IMG/VR virus record: IMGVR_UViG_3300027573_000023
Span: 31,325-95,324 of that record
Length of the DNA stretch: 64,000 nucleotides
Direction: 5' to 3' (one strand)
DNA from: a virus
Shown: positions 17,420 to 27,271 of the stretch, piece after piece
How the letters are laid out: each line of letters begins with the position of its first letter
How positions within the stretch are numbered: position 1 is the first letter of the stretch
The notes under the pieces: generated by a model
What the model saw: the letters and a program-made list of their open reading frames with translations, nothing else
Databases searched by the model: none
Told to the model about the DNA's origin: nothing
Position numbers and translations under genes: made by a program

Positions 17420-18790
17420 TTATTGAACTAAACTTACTCTCTTACTGATAGTTTTTTTCATTTCGTTTAATGAAAGAACTATACTGTTAATCTCTGCAGT
17501 AGAGATGGAAGGAAGATTGTAAGAATACTTTTTAGACTCAGTTGTGAACCCTTCCTTAGCTCTGTCAGCTAATTCTTCTAGTTCTCTGATAGCGTAGTCC
17601 TCATCCAACTCAAGAGTATCAAAGTCCACATCGTGCAGAATTTTGGTAGCTTCTTCAGTTGGTACAGTCATTATTGGAAGATACTCATAGCATCTACCTT
17701 TGTGAGTACCAATACCCACAACTTTCATTGGATTAATCAAGATGAGGACTGATGTGTCACCACATCCTACATAATGAATCTGATCTGCTGTGAAATGCAA
17801 TCCTGCATGAGCACAGTCAGCTGTACTCCAGTTACATTTCTCCATAGGCATGTTCACTACCTGTCCTACTCTGATATCAAAGGTACCAGTATGAGCATCT
17901 GTGAATCTATTCTCTGCCATATTTGGTAGGTCAAGATACAAATCCACTAAATCTCCAACAATAATACTGTTAGTAGGAGTTTCTTTAAGTTCTAAACAAT
18001 ATTCTCCACCTTTCTGTACAACTCTGTAGGCGCTAGGATTCTTTTTCCACACAGCTTTTACCTTGTTATAAGCATTGCTTACAAACTGTACAAGCTCATT
18101 GTCTTTCCCAGCAGGCAGAGTTACCACATTTCTAAGTGCAACAAAGAAACCTTGCTTAGTAATTCTGAAACTGTTGTCAGTCAAGAAGTTATACAACTGT
18201 GCTGCTACTTCAGCTCTTGGATTCAAACAACACCACATAAAGAAATTCTTTAGTGATTGATACTCTTCATCTGCTTCTAAAGCATCTTCAATATCATCAA
18301 GAGGTGCATTTTTGTATTTCCCAACCACTTCAGTGAATTTCCCAACTAGTAGTTGGGGAATACTTCTGCTTGTTCCTGTAAGATAAAGAGAACCATCTTT
18401 TAATTCAAAGTCTCTAAGCTGACCAAGCATTTTAAAACCATCAGCTATTGCTGTTAGCCTTACTGCTTCTTTCTCTTGAGCATATCTCTCTGCAGCAACT
18501 TCTCTGTCACCAATAACTGCAAAAATTTCATCTCTGGTTTTAGCTACTTTAACTCTCTCATAATGCTCTTCTGTTGCAACAGCTTTATTAACAACAGATC
18601 CATCTCTAAGCACTACTGTCAAACTATCATTTACAAGCTTGATAGTAAGATAGGGGGGTTCATTTGATACTGGCTGATTGTCATCATCAGCCAGTTTCTC
18701 AATCATTTTGTCAATTCGAGTATCTAATACTCTGTCTACAGCAGTTTCCATTTTCTGCTTGAACCAATTTAAACTAAAAAACTTTTCCAT
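17420..18790 (-). CDS. rIIB: rIIB-like protein
   Basis: QLYNFL...ITKQGFFVA...TDAHTG...GQVV.M...C.AGLH...NP..V...KGRC.EY; follows rIIA. Confidence 0.85.
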   Translation of the reverse strand: MEKFFSLNWFKQKMETAVDRVLDTRIDKMIEKLADDDNQPVSNEPPYLTIKLVNDSLTVVLRDGSVVNKAVATEEHYERVKVAKTRDEIFAVIGDREVAAERYAQEKEAVRLTAIADGFKMLGQLRDFELKDGSLYLTGTSRSIPQLLVGKFTEVVGKYKNAPLDDIEDALEADEEYQSLKNFFMWCCLNPRAEVAAQLYNFLTDNSFRITKQGFFVALRNVVTLPAGKDNELVQFVSNAYNKVKAVWKKNPSAYRVVQKGGEYCLELKETPTNSIIVGDLVDLYLDLPNMAENRFTDAHTGTFDIRVGQVVNMPMEKCNWSTADCAHAGLHFTADQIHYVGCGDTSVLILINPMKVVGIGTHKGRCYEYLPIMTVPTEEATKILHDVDFDTLELDEDYAIRELEELADRAKEGFTTESKKYSYNLPSISTAEINSIVLSLNEMKKTISKRVSLVQ

Positions 18791-18793
18791 TTT

Positions 18794-21124
18794 TTAAGGG
18801 TTTTGTGTTAATTCTTCTATTGTTTCGTCAGTTATCTGGTCCAAGATGTCTGTGTCTTGGTTAAGGACCAGGTGGTAGTTAGTGTAATCAATTCTAATTC
18901 TATGATACTTAAACAAATCAACCAGCACATTAACATAGCGTTCATGACCTGGTTGAGCTGAATAAGAAGGTAGTACATCCATAGAAGTTTCTATGAAAGG
19001 AAATGTCTCCAACAGTTCTTTAATCTGTTGATACTCAGTATAAATTGTTTCATCAAATAAGTTATGCTGATTAGCAATAACTAACATAGATTCATAGATT
19101 CTCTCATCAGCATGTCCATTATAATTAGTTTTGTTATAAGCTAATAACTCATCTAATTGTTTGTGTAATCTTTTACTAACTGTTTTAAGTAAATACACTT
19201 TAGAAAATGTATAAGGATATTTATCTATGAGCTTATGAATCAAATAGGCTGTAATTAGCCTTTTAAAAGGCTTGTTTTTCCCTTCCATAAATTTTTCAAT
19301 AGTAATAAAATTGTGAATATCCAATGTTTGTGCTACTTTGTATTCTCTTTCAGAGAGTACAAGATACTCAATCTTCTGTTTACTGGAAATTGCAAACAAA
19401 CCATCAAATGTTGCTTCACTGTCCTGTTTTCCATACACAAGAAGCTTTTTGTGTGAAGATATATCTGCCACATTAAGAACTTTAGGTGTCAGCTTAGAGT
19501 TCTTGCCATGAACATATCTCTGCAAATCATCAGTTACTCTACAGTTGATTTCTCCCTGAAGTTTTACTCGTTTAGTTCCTCCAACAGCTGTAGATACTCT
19601 TTTTCTCTTTCTTGCATCTAACCAAGATTGAGCAATTGGTGTACTGTCAACATCTTTGAAGTCTTTAGTAAGCTCTTCTACAATTCTCTGGAATTCCTGA
19701 ATACGATCTCTCCAAGTGTTTCTTGGATAAAGATGTAAATTTAGCATAGACATATAATTGTCATAAGAATGACTTTTATCTTTGTTTTTAAGATGAAACT
19801 CTCTGTTTTTCTTAACAAATCTGATGTTCTCATAACTATTGAGCGGCAATAGAGATTTAATAAAGGATTTTTTGTTTCCTGTAAATGTCTCATCATAAAC
19901 CCAAATTTTCTGTGGATCCTTAGCATTACTGTAATTCAACTGTTTGTCATAATAACCAACAGTCTGTCTGAATTGTCCTCTTGTATAATTAATATTAGTG
20001 GTATATTCATAGAACAGATAGTCTTTGTTTCTATACAATATAGAAAAGTCAGTTAATGTATAATCCTTATACTCAGGTTTATTAAACTTTTTGTTAGTAT
20101 AGACAGAAAGCTTACTGGCATCAATAGTTGTATTACCAATGATAACATTTCTGTTAGAATAACCATAGTAATTAAAGATTTCATGAATGTCCTTACAATC
20201 AATACTATTCTCATTATACTTATCAAAGAAATAATCAGACACTTTAGTGATTTTATCCAAGATAGTTTTCTTAGCCTGAGCTGTATATATCAATTGCTCT
20301 CTGTTAGGAGTTGGAAATAATCCATCACTCAAACCAAATCTTAAACCAATAGGGATATTGATATTGTTAATACCAAGTTTAGCAAAATCCATTGGGTAAT
20401 ATACATTATCCAAACAGATATGCATAAACTGATCAGTATTCATTTCTGACAATTGAAAATCTTCTCCTCTATGGATAATAAACTCATTTGTCACAATATT
20501 ATTCTGAACATTGACATCAAAATACACACTCTCGAAATATGCTAACTGATTTCTGATTTTCTCTAAGAAAGTATGTCTATCATTAATCTTCACTGGTACA
20601 ATAATCTTCACCCCATTTCTTTCCTCTGTGGATGTTTCGTAAAGCAGGTCAATAGTATTCACATCCTCTCCTTCATACATCATATATTTACGCTCTATCC
20701 CATCTTTTCTACATACAAAGAAGAAAGTACTGCAGTAGGCCAATGGGGACTTGAATCCAAGCCCCATCATGCCTATTTCTGTATTACTTTCTCTTTTGGT
20801 AGATTTACCATACTTACTGATAATGTTTTCCACATCGTCAGCATCCAAACCAGTTCCAAAATCTTCTACAGAGAATTCATAGTTGTTCTCCTTATTGATT
20901 TTAAGGGAGACAATAATGGCATCTGTTACCCCAGCTCTTCTATGGCTGTCAAGAGCGTTGCTCGCACACTCTCTGACAGTAGAGCCTATAGGATCTGAAT
21001 AAAGATTCTTACTTAACATCTGCATCAATACCTGTGCAGAATCTAAGTCTAGTGACATTCCAATACTCTCCTTCGCTTGCCCTACCTCTAATACCTTAGA
21101 CTGGGCTTGTTTTTCTTGAATCAT
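18794..21124 (-). CDS. rIIA: rIIA-like protein (GHKL/Hsp90-like ATPase N-terminus)
   Basis: LYSDPIGSTVRECASNALDSH, DFGTGL, STKR..N.EIGMMGLGFKSP. Confidence 0.9.
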   Translation of the reverse strand: MIQEKQAQSKVLEVGQAKESIGMSLDLDSAQVLMQMLSKNLYSDPIGSTVRECASNALDSHRRAGVTDAIIVSLKINKENNYEFSVEDFGTGLDADDVENIISKYGKSTKRESNTEIGMMGLGFKSPLAYCSTFFFVCRKDGIERKYMMYEGEDVNTIDLLYETSTEERNGVKIIVPVKINDRHTFLEKIRNQLAYFESVYFDVNVQNNIVTNEFIIHRGEDFQLSEMNTDQFMHICLDNVYYPMDFAKLGINNINIPIGLRFGLSDGLFPTPNREQLIYTAQAKKTILDKITKVSDYFFDKYNENSIDCKDIHEIFNYYGYSNRNVIIGNTTIDASKLSVYTNKKFNKPEYKDYTLTDFSILYRNKDYLFYEYTTNINYTRGQFRQTVGYYDKQLNYSNAKDPQKIWVYDETFTGNKKSFIKSLLPLNSYENIRFVKKNREFHLKNKDKSHSYDNYMSMLNLHLYPRNTWRDRIQEFQRIVEELTKDFKDVDSTPIAQSWLDARKRKRVSTAVGGTKRVKLQGEINCRVTDDLQRYVHGKNSKLTPKVLNVADISSHKKLLVYGKQDSEATFDGLFAISSKQKIEYLVLSEREYKVAQTLDIHNFITIEKFMEGKNKPFKRLITAYLIHKLIDKYPYTFSKVYLLKTVSKRLHKQLDELLAYNKTNYNGHADERIYESMLVIANQHNLFDETIYTEYQQIKELLETFPFIETSMDVLPSYSAQPGHERYVNVLVDLFKYHRIRIDYTNYHLVLNQDTDILDQITDETIEELTQNP

Positions 21125-21506
21125 AACTTAATTCTTTTAAAAATTTCATATCTTTTAATATTCTTTCAGCTACTAAATAATTCTGTAAATCCTCTCCAGT
21201 GAATACATCATCTGGACACGTAATCTTAAGAACACGATTAGCATGATTGCTTCTAACATAGGCTTTACTAATGTGATCAAGGGTAAACCCTTTTCTGTCT
21301 TTAGGAAAAGTTGAACCACCAGGTTGGGTAGTTCTTATACTATAAGTTTTAAAATCCCAAAGAATATTACGAGGACTAACAAATTGAATAGTTCCAGATT
21401 TACCATTTCCACTATACCATCCAAACGCCAATCCCCAACTGTTTCCTAAGCATATGAAGTCTCCTATTTGTAGGGTTCCTCCATATTTTATTGTACTCGT
21501 TATCAT
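21096..21506 (-). CDS. Hypothetical protein, paralogue of the adjacent gene
   Basis: GG.L..GDF.....FGWY...G..G.IQ shared with 21503..21895. Confidence 0.7.
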   Translation of the reverse strand: MITSTIKYGGTLQIGDFICLGNSWGLAFGWYSGNGKSGTIQFVSPRNILWDFKTYSIRTTQPGGSTFPKDRKGFTLDHISKAYVRSNHANRVLKITCPDDVFTGEDLQNYLVAERILKDMKFLKELSYDSRKTSPV

Positions 21507-21895
21507 TTTGCTGGAAAATTTATGTCATTTAATACCTTTTTACTGGAAAGATACAATAACTCTTGCTCTGTACCCTTTAAGAATTCCTCAGGATTAGGAA
21601 CTTTGAAAGCTCTGTTGGTATCACCACTGTAACTTACTATAAAATCTTTTCTAAAATTTCTGAACTGTAAACCTTTTCCAAATTGCTTATCCCAATAAGG
21701 ACTTGCAGTTTTACCTTTCAGATATTCATTATACTGTTCCTTTACCCTTTCAGGTTCATTAATTGATAAGTATTGCAAAGAACCATACTGTCCTTGCTGT
21801 ACATACCAACCAAATACAATACAGTGGTTGTAGGCTACACCTACAAAATCACCAGGAGCTAAATCTCCTCCAATGTTTAGTGTTACTGTTTTCAT
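21503..21895 (-). CDS. Hypothetical protein, paralogue of the adjacent gene
   Basis: Same motif; start placed by alignment (alternative start 21934). Confidence 0.7.
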   Translation of the reverse strand: MKTVTLNIGGDLAPGDFVGVAYNHCIVFGWYVQQGQYGSLQYLSINEPERVKEQYNEYLKGKTASPYWDKQFGKGLQFRNFRKDFIVSYSGDTNRAFKVPNPEEFLKGTEQELLYLSSKKVLNDINFPAK

Positions 21896-21987
21896 TTTGT
21901 TGATTTTTTCATTCATTAATACTTGTTTTTGCATATAATGATTGTTATTTCAATCATTTTAGCTGTTTTTGCATATAATAACAGACA

Positions 21988-22719
21988 TTAGAAGGGTGCA
22001 TCTATATGCAACCACGAGACTGTTTCTTCGTCTTTATCCAAAATATGTCTGTTCAACCATTCAAAACAGCCTTCTGTATCCCATTGGCCACCAGTGTAAG
22101 CAGCACTTGCAGGATGTTTGGCAGTGAATGTTGGGTTAGTAAGACATACTAAAGGCTCAAGGTGTCCTGCTTCTTTTCCTAAGAAAAGTACAGGCACTCC
22201 TGTTGGTCCAATGACCTCTTTAAGCAGGAATGTGGTGAATGGATGCCAAATAGCCATATGACTACCTGCTTTATCCTTTTCGACAGTGAGTGCTGTGTTT
22301 AGTAACATTACTCCCTGTTGGCTCAAATAACTTAAATCATCAATGTCTATATAATTTAAGTTTAATCCATTGAATAGCTCTCTCTCAATTCCTCCATAGA
22401 ATTTCAAAAGAGTAGGTTGTGCTTTACCTGTAATTCTACAGTCCATTGCTACTCCTGAAGCAACTGGTGCTCCATTAACAAATTTAAAATATGGGTCCTG
22501 ACATACTATAACACACTTGAGTTCTCTGAAATCTGTTTCAGCAAATGCTCTATATGTGTTCATTGATGCAGGAGCTACCTTCTTACCTGCTTGAGTCTGT
22601 CCTCTGAGATAGGCATATATAGGATCAAATCCCCCTTCATCAAAGAAGGGTTTAATCTTATCTGCCCAAGTCCCAAATAGGGGCTCAAACTTTTTCCATT
22701 CAAGTTTTGTCTTGCTCAT
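21988..22719 (-). CDS. ung: Uracil-DNA glycosylase, family 1
   Basis: CQDPY, QGVMLLN.ALTV, SH..W, HPAS. Confidence 0.88.
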   Translation of the reverse strand: MSKTKLEWKKFEPLFGTWADKIKPFFDEGGFDPIYAYLRGQTQAGKKVAPASMNTYRAFAETDFRELKCVIVCQDPYFKFVNGAPVASGVAMDCRITGKAQPTLLKFYGGIERELFNGLNLNYIDIDDLSYLSQQGVMLLNTALTVEKDKAGSHMAIWHPFTTFLLKEVIGPTGVPVLFLGKEAGHLEPLVCLTNPTFTAKHPASAAYTGGQWDTEGCFEWLNRHILDKDEETVSWLHIDAPF

Positions 22720-22882
22720 CTTTTAATAATGATTCTAAATCTAAAACGACTGTCTTATAGACATTCTTTTTAGCAATTAATCTTGTTTTACCTATCTCAG
22801 TATTGCTTACTAATATCATTTCACTAAGACTTTTGATTCTTCTTTTATAGGCTGCTATGAGATCTTCTATATCTTCTTTCAT
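22700..22882 (-). CDS. Hypothetical protein
   Basis: 60-aa coupled ORF. Confidence 0.55.
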   Translation of the reverse strand: MKEDIEDLIAAYKRRIKSLSEMILVSNTEIGKTRLIAKKNVYKTVVLDLESLLKDEQDKT

Positions 22883-23889
22883 AATAGTCCTTTTTCTTTA
22901 AAAATTCTTTCTAATGTAGTCATGCCTTTCTGTCTTGCCAGTTCTGCCCAATCCTTAATATCATCCTTAAGATACTCTCTTGGGACATTGATATAATCAA
23001 ATCCAAGCAGGGATGTAATCTGTTGAGAACTGGTTACTCCTGCAATATCACTATCAAAGGATAGAATTTGTCTATTAGAATTCTCTCTTAAAAATTCAAC
23101 ATTCTCTTTTGTGAAACATCCAATACTCTCGCTCTGAATTGCACAGGTGCTTTGTATGAGCTTTTTTACCACCATATAGTCTTTCTTACTCTTATTGATA
23201 AAAACGAAGCTATTAGGGTTTAAATTTAGTTTTCCCTCTATAGTGGAAAAAGGAACATTACTTGGTGTCCATTTTCTTCTTCTGTCTTTAACATGTGGTC
23301 TGTAGATTTTCCAATGTCCATCATAATAATAGCCAAATCTTAAATCACTATCATTTAATTGGAATAACTGTTTATTCATAAACACTTTCTTTACAGAGAA
23401 AACATTGTTCTCTCTCAAGTCATCTATGTTCTGATGAAATTCATTCCAATAAGCTAATTCTTCTTTAGTGAATGGTCTTGTTATTACCTGGATATGTGAG
23501 TATCTCTTCCCAAGTTCTTCTGGCTGTTCATATTCACTTTTGATGAATTTATAAGCAGCTGTGTTCGTTTGATCCCCTGACAGCCCCAATCCAAAATCTT
23601 TATCAATTCTTTTTAACACTTCATTGATATCCTTAAGTCCCTCTATCATTTTTACGAAAGTGAAACAGTCTCCTCTTCTGAGATTGTCTGCAAAATCTAC
23701 AAATAATAGGTTGCCAGATCTATTTCCTATCATAAATGAAGGATGTGTATCTGTTCTAAAAGGTGAATGAAATGCTTGATTGACTTTCCAGTTCTTTTCA
23801 GGACAATAGAACCTGAATATATCGTATGGTGTAAGTCTTTGGAATATGGTTTCAGGAGTAAGTTCTATTTTTTTAGCTCCTCCTATCAT
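22879..23889 (-). CDS. DNA primase (crAss-type, TOPRIM)
   Basis: SPFRTDTHPSF, DF...GDCF.FV, KSKKD, FDSD.AG, KDWAE. Confidence 0.8.
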   Translation of the reverse strand: MIGGAKKIELTPETIFQRLTPYDIFRFYCPEKNWKVNQAFHSPFRTDTHPSFMIGNRSGNLLFVDFADNLRRGDCFTFVKMIEGLKDINEVLKRIDKDFGLGLSGDQTNTAAYKFIKSEYEQPEELGKRYSHIQVITRPFTKEELAYWNEFHQNIDDLRENNVFSVKKVFMNKQLFQLNDSDLRFGYYYDGHWKIYRPHVKDRRRKWTPSNVPFSTIEGKLNLNPNSFVFINKSKKDYMVVKKLIQSTCAIQSESIGCFTKENVEFLRENSNRQILSFDSDIAGVTSSQQITSLLGFDYINVPREYLKDDIKDWAELARQKGMTTLERIFKEKGLL

Positions 23890-23900
23890 TATAGAAAAAT

Positions 23901-23928
23901 AAAAAGCCCCTGTTTTACGAGGGGCTTT
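23901..23928 (-). terminator. Intrinsic terminator
   Basis: AAAGCCCCT-loop-AGGGGCTTT with an adjacent A tract. Confidence 0.75.
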
Positions 23929-23934
23929 GATTAT

Positions 23935-24810
23935 TTAATAATCAGATCCCCCATCAGTTAAAGGAGCATCTGTAGCCACTGGATTGTCTGCTGGATCATA
24001 CTCTTTCAAATCTTTGAATTTGTAATAATCTTTACAGCCATACTCTCCAATCACTTTTAACACAAATCTTTCATAAGGTTTTAAATCTTTTGAAGGTTTG
24101 GTTTTCAAAGCTTCTTGTACTTCTTCGTTATCAAAGTCGATAACTCTGAAATGTTTGAATGTATAAACAGGGAAAAATCCTCTGTTAAACACTCCTTGGT
24201 ACTCTTTGGACTCTCCTTCCACATCTTTTACGATGATAGTAGATAAACATCCAACTTCGCCTGCCCATTCTCCATTCACTTGCTCTCTAAGCTCTTTCAC
24301 ATCACCTTTCATCAGTTTTTTCCAATTCAAAGCTAATGTGGTTTCTGCTTCACGATAGTCAAGCTTGTTTAACCAGGCTCTCATGAATTCAAACAAATCT
24401 TCCTCTCCTGAGTAAGCTGTTCTATAATCACGTTTCACGAACCAATCAGGCAAATCGCTTTCGTTTTCTGCCCAAGCACAATTACCAATACTATTGATAT
24501 ATTGTGTTTTGGTTTCATCTTTGTTCAATCTAACCTTATCTTCTAAGAAGAAGGTCACCTTCACTGGTTTGTCTTTTTCACCATCTGCATTTTTCTTTAC
24601 ATTCTGTAGCCAGAAGTCAACACGTAAGATTGTGTTTCCTTCTCTTTCACCTAAATACTCAGCAGCTTTGCTGTCTTCTTTTAACTCCATCCCAAGAATC
24701 TCTCTGTATTCTTTTTCTGTTGGATTAACAACTAACACTGTAGCTGCAAATAGGCCTACTTTTTTTACAAACTCGCCTGATTCTCTTTTTTTACCTCCAA
24801 TTGAACTCAT
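23935..24810 (-). CDS. Putative single-stranded DNA-binding protein
   Basis: Replication-cluster position, beta-rich, acidic tail ending in an aromatic residue (GGSDY), followed by a terminator. Confidence 0.55.
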   Translation of the reverse strand: MSSIGGKKRESGEFVKKVGLFAATVLVVNPTEKEYREILGMELKEDSKAAEYLGEREGNTILRVDFWLQNVKKNADGEKDKPVKVTFFLEDKVRLNKDETKTQYINSIGNCAWAENESDLPDWFVKRDYRTAYSGEEDLFEFMRAWLNKLDYREAETTLALNWKKLMKGDVKELREQVNGEWAGEVGCLSTIIVKDVEGESKEYQGVFNRGFFPVYTFKHFRVIDFDNEEVQEALKTKPSKDLKPYERFVLKVIGEYGCKDYYKFKDLKEYDPADNPVATDAPLTDGGSDY

Positions 24811-24828
24811 TTTTTCCTAATTTTTAAA

Positions 24829-25665
24829 TTATTTGTAAATATCATCCCAAAAGGTAGTCGTATTACCATCTGGATCTTGGTCTGAAATTAAGACACGACC
24901 TTTTAATTGTGGAGCTCTGCTACCAGCAACGATGCTATCATTCAATACATCAAAATTGAGGTATCTCTTTTTCTCATCAGCAACCAGTTTAGCCAAAGCT
25001 GTAACTTTTGAAGCAAAGATTCGCTTCAATTGCCCTGTTAATGCTATTTCACTGCCTATCACATCCTCTTTTCCATTATCCTTAATGTACTTATCAGTAA
25101 TGTGAGCAGCATAGATTCTATAGGGACTTATCTGTCTGAAGAAATCAATCTGTTGCATGAACCACATTCTGGTGTGGTAATAACCACCTCCATCAGGTAA
25201 GCTTAGCACACTCTTGAATTCTGGATCTGTAGGTTCATACTTCTTACCTGTTTCTGTACCTCCTGCTCTATTGAATTTTTTACCAACTATGGTATTCATA
25301 TACGCAAGAGTGCCTCCCAATTCAGATAAATCATCTAAATCAGAAAGTCCATCGATAATAAGGAATTCGTATTTACCTTTTTGCTCAAGCAGAGCATTTC
25401 TAAACTTGATATAGTTTAGGAAACTCTCATAGCGAGAGGTCTGGTCATTTGTGTACGTTGATAGTTTTCTGGCAGGTATGTACTCATAGCCTCCCTTTTC
25501 TAAATCTAGTACAATTGCATTTTTTTGTGTAGTCAGTGATCCTAAAATTGTTCCTTTGCCCATCTTTGGAATACTGACGATCACAAGGTCTTTTGGCGAG
25601 CTTTGTGTTACAGGTGTGATGTCCTCTGGTAATTCTATTCCTTCTTTTGTTTTTGTGTTTTCCAT
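24829..25665 (-). CDS. AAA_24/Sak4-like P-loop NTPase
   Basis: SIPKMGKGT, LDLEKG, LIIDGLS, AAH. Confidence 0.75.
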   Translation of the reverse strand: MENTKTKEGIELPEDITPVTQSSPKDLVIVSIPKMGKGTILGSLTTQKNAIVLDLEKGGYEYIPARKLSTYTNDQTSRYESFLNYIKFRNALLEQKGKYEFLIIDGLSDLDDLSELGGTLAYMNTIVGKKFNRAGGTETGKKYEPTDPEFKSVLSLPDGGGYYHTRMWFMQQIDFFRQISPYRIYAAHITDKYIKDNGKEDVIGSEIALTGQLKRIFASKVTALAKLVADEKKRYLNFDVLNDSIVAGSRAPQLKGRVLISDQDPDGNTTTFWDDIYK

Positions 25666-25742
25666 TTTTACTTATTATTATTTGCTACTAATTTACACAT
25701 GTCTTCAGTTAATGGGTCAAAAGTTGAGGTTCTCATTGTAAA

Positions 25743-26057
25743 TTATAGAAAGTTTTTTCTAAACTCTTTTACAGTTGTTATATTAACTTCCTCTCCATCT
25801 TTTAAAGCTTCCCAAGCCTTTCTTGTCATAATGAGATCTGCTGTGTGGTCATTACCAATTCCTATATTAATACTTACAGTATCTACAAAGAATTCTGTTT
25901 TAAATCCAGCTTTGTTTACTGCAACACAAGCTTTAGGACTGATTTTAATCTCTTTACCTAAATTATCAAACTTAAGTATAATTTGATCATAAGTTCTTGT
26001 TGCAGTTGGAGAATCCTGGTTAACCATTTTTACTCCAATTTCTTCACCTTTTTTCAT
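25743..26057 (-). CDS. Hypothetical protein
   Basis: 104-aa ORF downstream of a promoter. Confidence 0.6.
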   Translation of the reverse strand: MKKGEEIGVKMVNQDSPTATRTYDQIILKFDNLGKEIKISPKACVAVNKAGFKTEFFVDTVSINIGIGNDHTADLIMTRKAWEALKDGEEVNITTVKEFRKNFL

Positions 26058-26087
26058 AATTTTGTTCTATTTTTATAATTATAGAAA

Positions 26088-26119
26088 CAAATATACAAAA
26101 ATTGATTTAAACTTACAAA
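26088..26119 (-). promoter_or_regulatory. Bacteroidota sigma-A promoter TTTG-N20-TATATTTG
   Basis: Both -33 and -7 boxes at canonical spacing in an intergenic gap. Confidence 0.7.
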
Positions 26120-26170
26120 TTTTAACTTGTTTTTATCATTTGGTTTCTAACGTAGTTAATTATTTTTGGA

Positions 26171-27271
26171 CTATAAAGATACATCTTTTTCTCGATTCAA
26201 CCAAACAATTCTCTCACCATTTATGTTCGCAAGTGCTGATTTTAGCCACTCTAGCTGAAATTTCTTATTAGTTGTAAAGATATGAATATCAGAGTGATCA
26301 GTGTCTAATAACAGGCTTCTTCCTAACATTTGTTCAAGATTTTCACTGTTAGAATTAATTGAAGTGATTAGAATGTTATCCAGGTTTGGATATGTTACAC
26401 CTGCAGATCCCTTCTTAATTAAACAAAGTTGATTAATTTCTCCTTTGATAAAAGACTGCAGTACACTGTCATCTTTACTCTTGCTGTTGAACATTGGAAT
26501 TTTGAATTTCTTTCCAGTTTCTTCATTCTCTGTAAAGATTATGAATCTCTTGTTAGGATTACTTATTATCCAACTTACAACAGTAGAGATCAAAGAACCA
26601 TTAGAGTTTATGAATCTCATTCTGGCTAAAGCAGCCAACATCTTCTTGTTTCCATGTAATCTTTCTACATTTTTGTTGAGACGCATCAATTCTCCCACAT
26701 CTGTATTCCACCATCTTCTAAGCTTACCACCAAATTGTCTTCTTGTCACTGGATCTAACGTGTATTCATGCACGTATACTGTGTAATCACTAATAAGACC
26801 ATCTTCAATCGCTTGCTCTGTTGTATAGTTTACAATCATTGGTAAACTCGTATGGATCCTGAGATCTGCAAGAGTTGTTTTATTATATGTACCAGATGCG
26901 AATATCACATGTTCATAATCCTTAGCCATTTGTCCAGCTATAGGTAGTTTGTGCTCTTCAGGAATAAGATGAGCCTCATCAAAGACAACATAATCCCAAT
27001 CTCCATCCTTAACCTTTTCCATACTAACAAAAGTACAATAGGTAATTTGCATAGGACACCCAATCTTAATACATTCATCTTCCCAAGAGTTCTTTATATC
27101 AATATTTGGATAAAGTACCAATACTTTTGGGTTGTCTATTTTTGAATGTGCCTTTATAGCAGTAATCAGTATTCTAGTCTTCCCAGATCTAACACTTGAT
27201 AACACTATTCCTCTAAAATCTGCATTAACTATCTCATAGAGGATTCTTCTCTGTATTTGGTCTTTTGTCAT
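26171..27271 (-). CDS. Superfamily 2 (DEAH) helicase
   Basis: VRSGKT, FDEAH, SGT, AGV, QMLGR. Confidence 0.88.
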   Translation of the reverse strand: MTKDQIQRRILYEIVNADFRGIVLSSVRSGKTRILITAIKAHSKIDNPKVLVLYPNIDIKNSWEDECIKIGCPMQITYCTFVSMEKVKDGDWDYVVFDEAHLIPEEHKLPIAGQMAKDYEHVIFASGTYNKTTLADLRIHTSLPMIVNYTTEQAIEDGLISDYTVYVHEYTLDPVTRRQFGGKLRRWWNTDVGELMRLNKNVERLHGNKKMLAALARMRFINSNGSLISTVVSWIISNPNKRFIIFTENEETGKKFKIPMFNSKSKDDSVLQSFIKGEINQLCLIKKGSAGVTYPNLDNILITSINSNSENLEQMLGRSLLLDTDHSDIHIFTTNKKFQLEWLKSALANINGERIVWLNREKDVSL

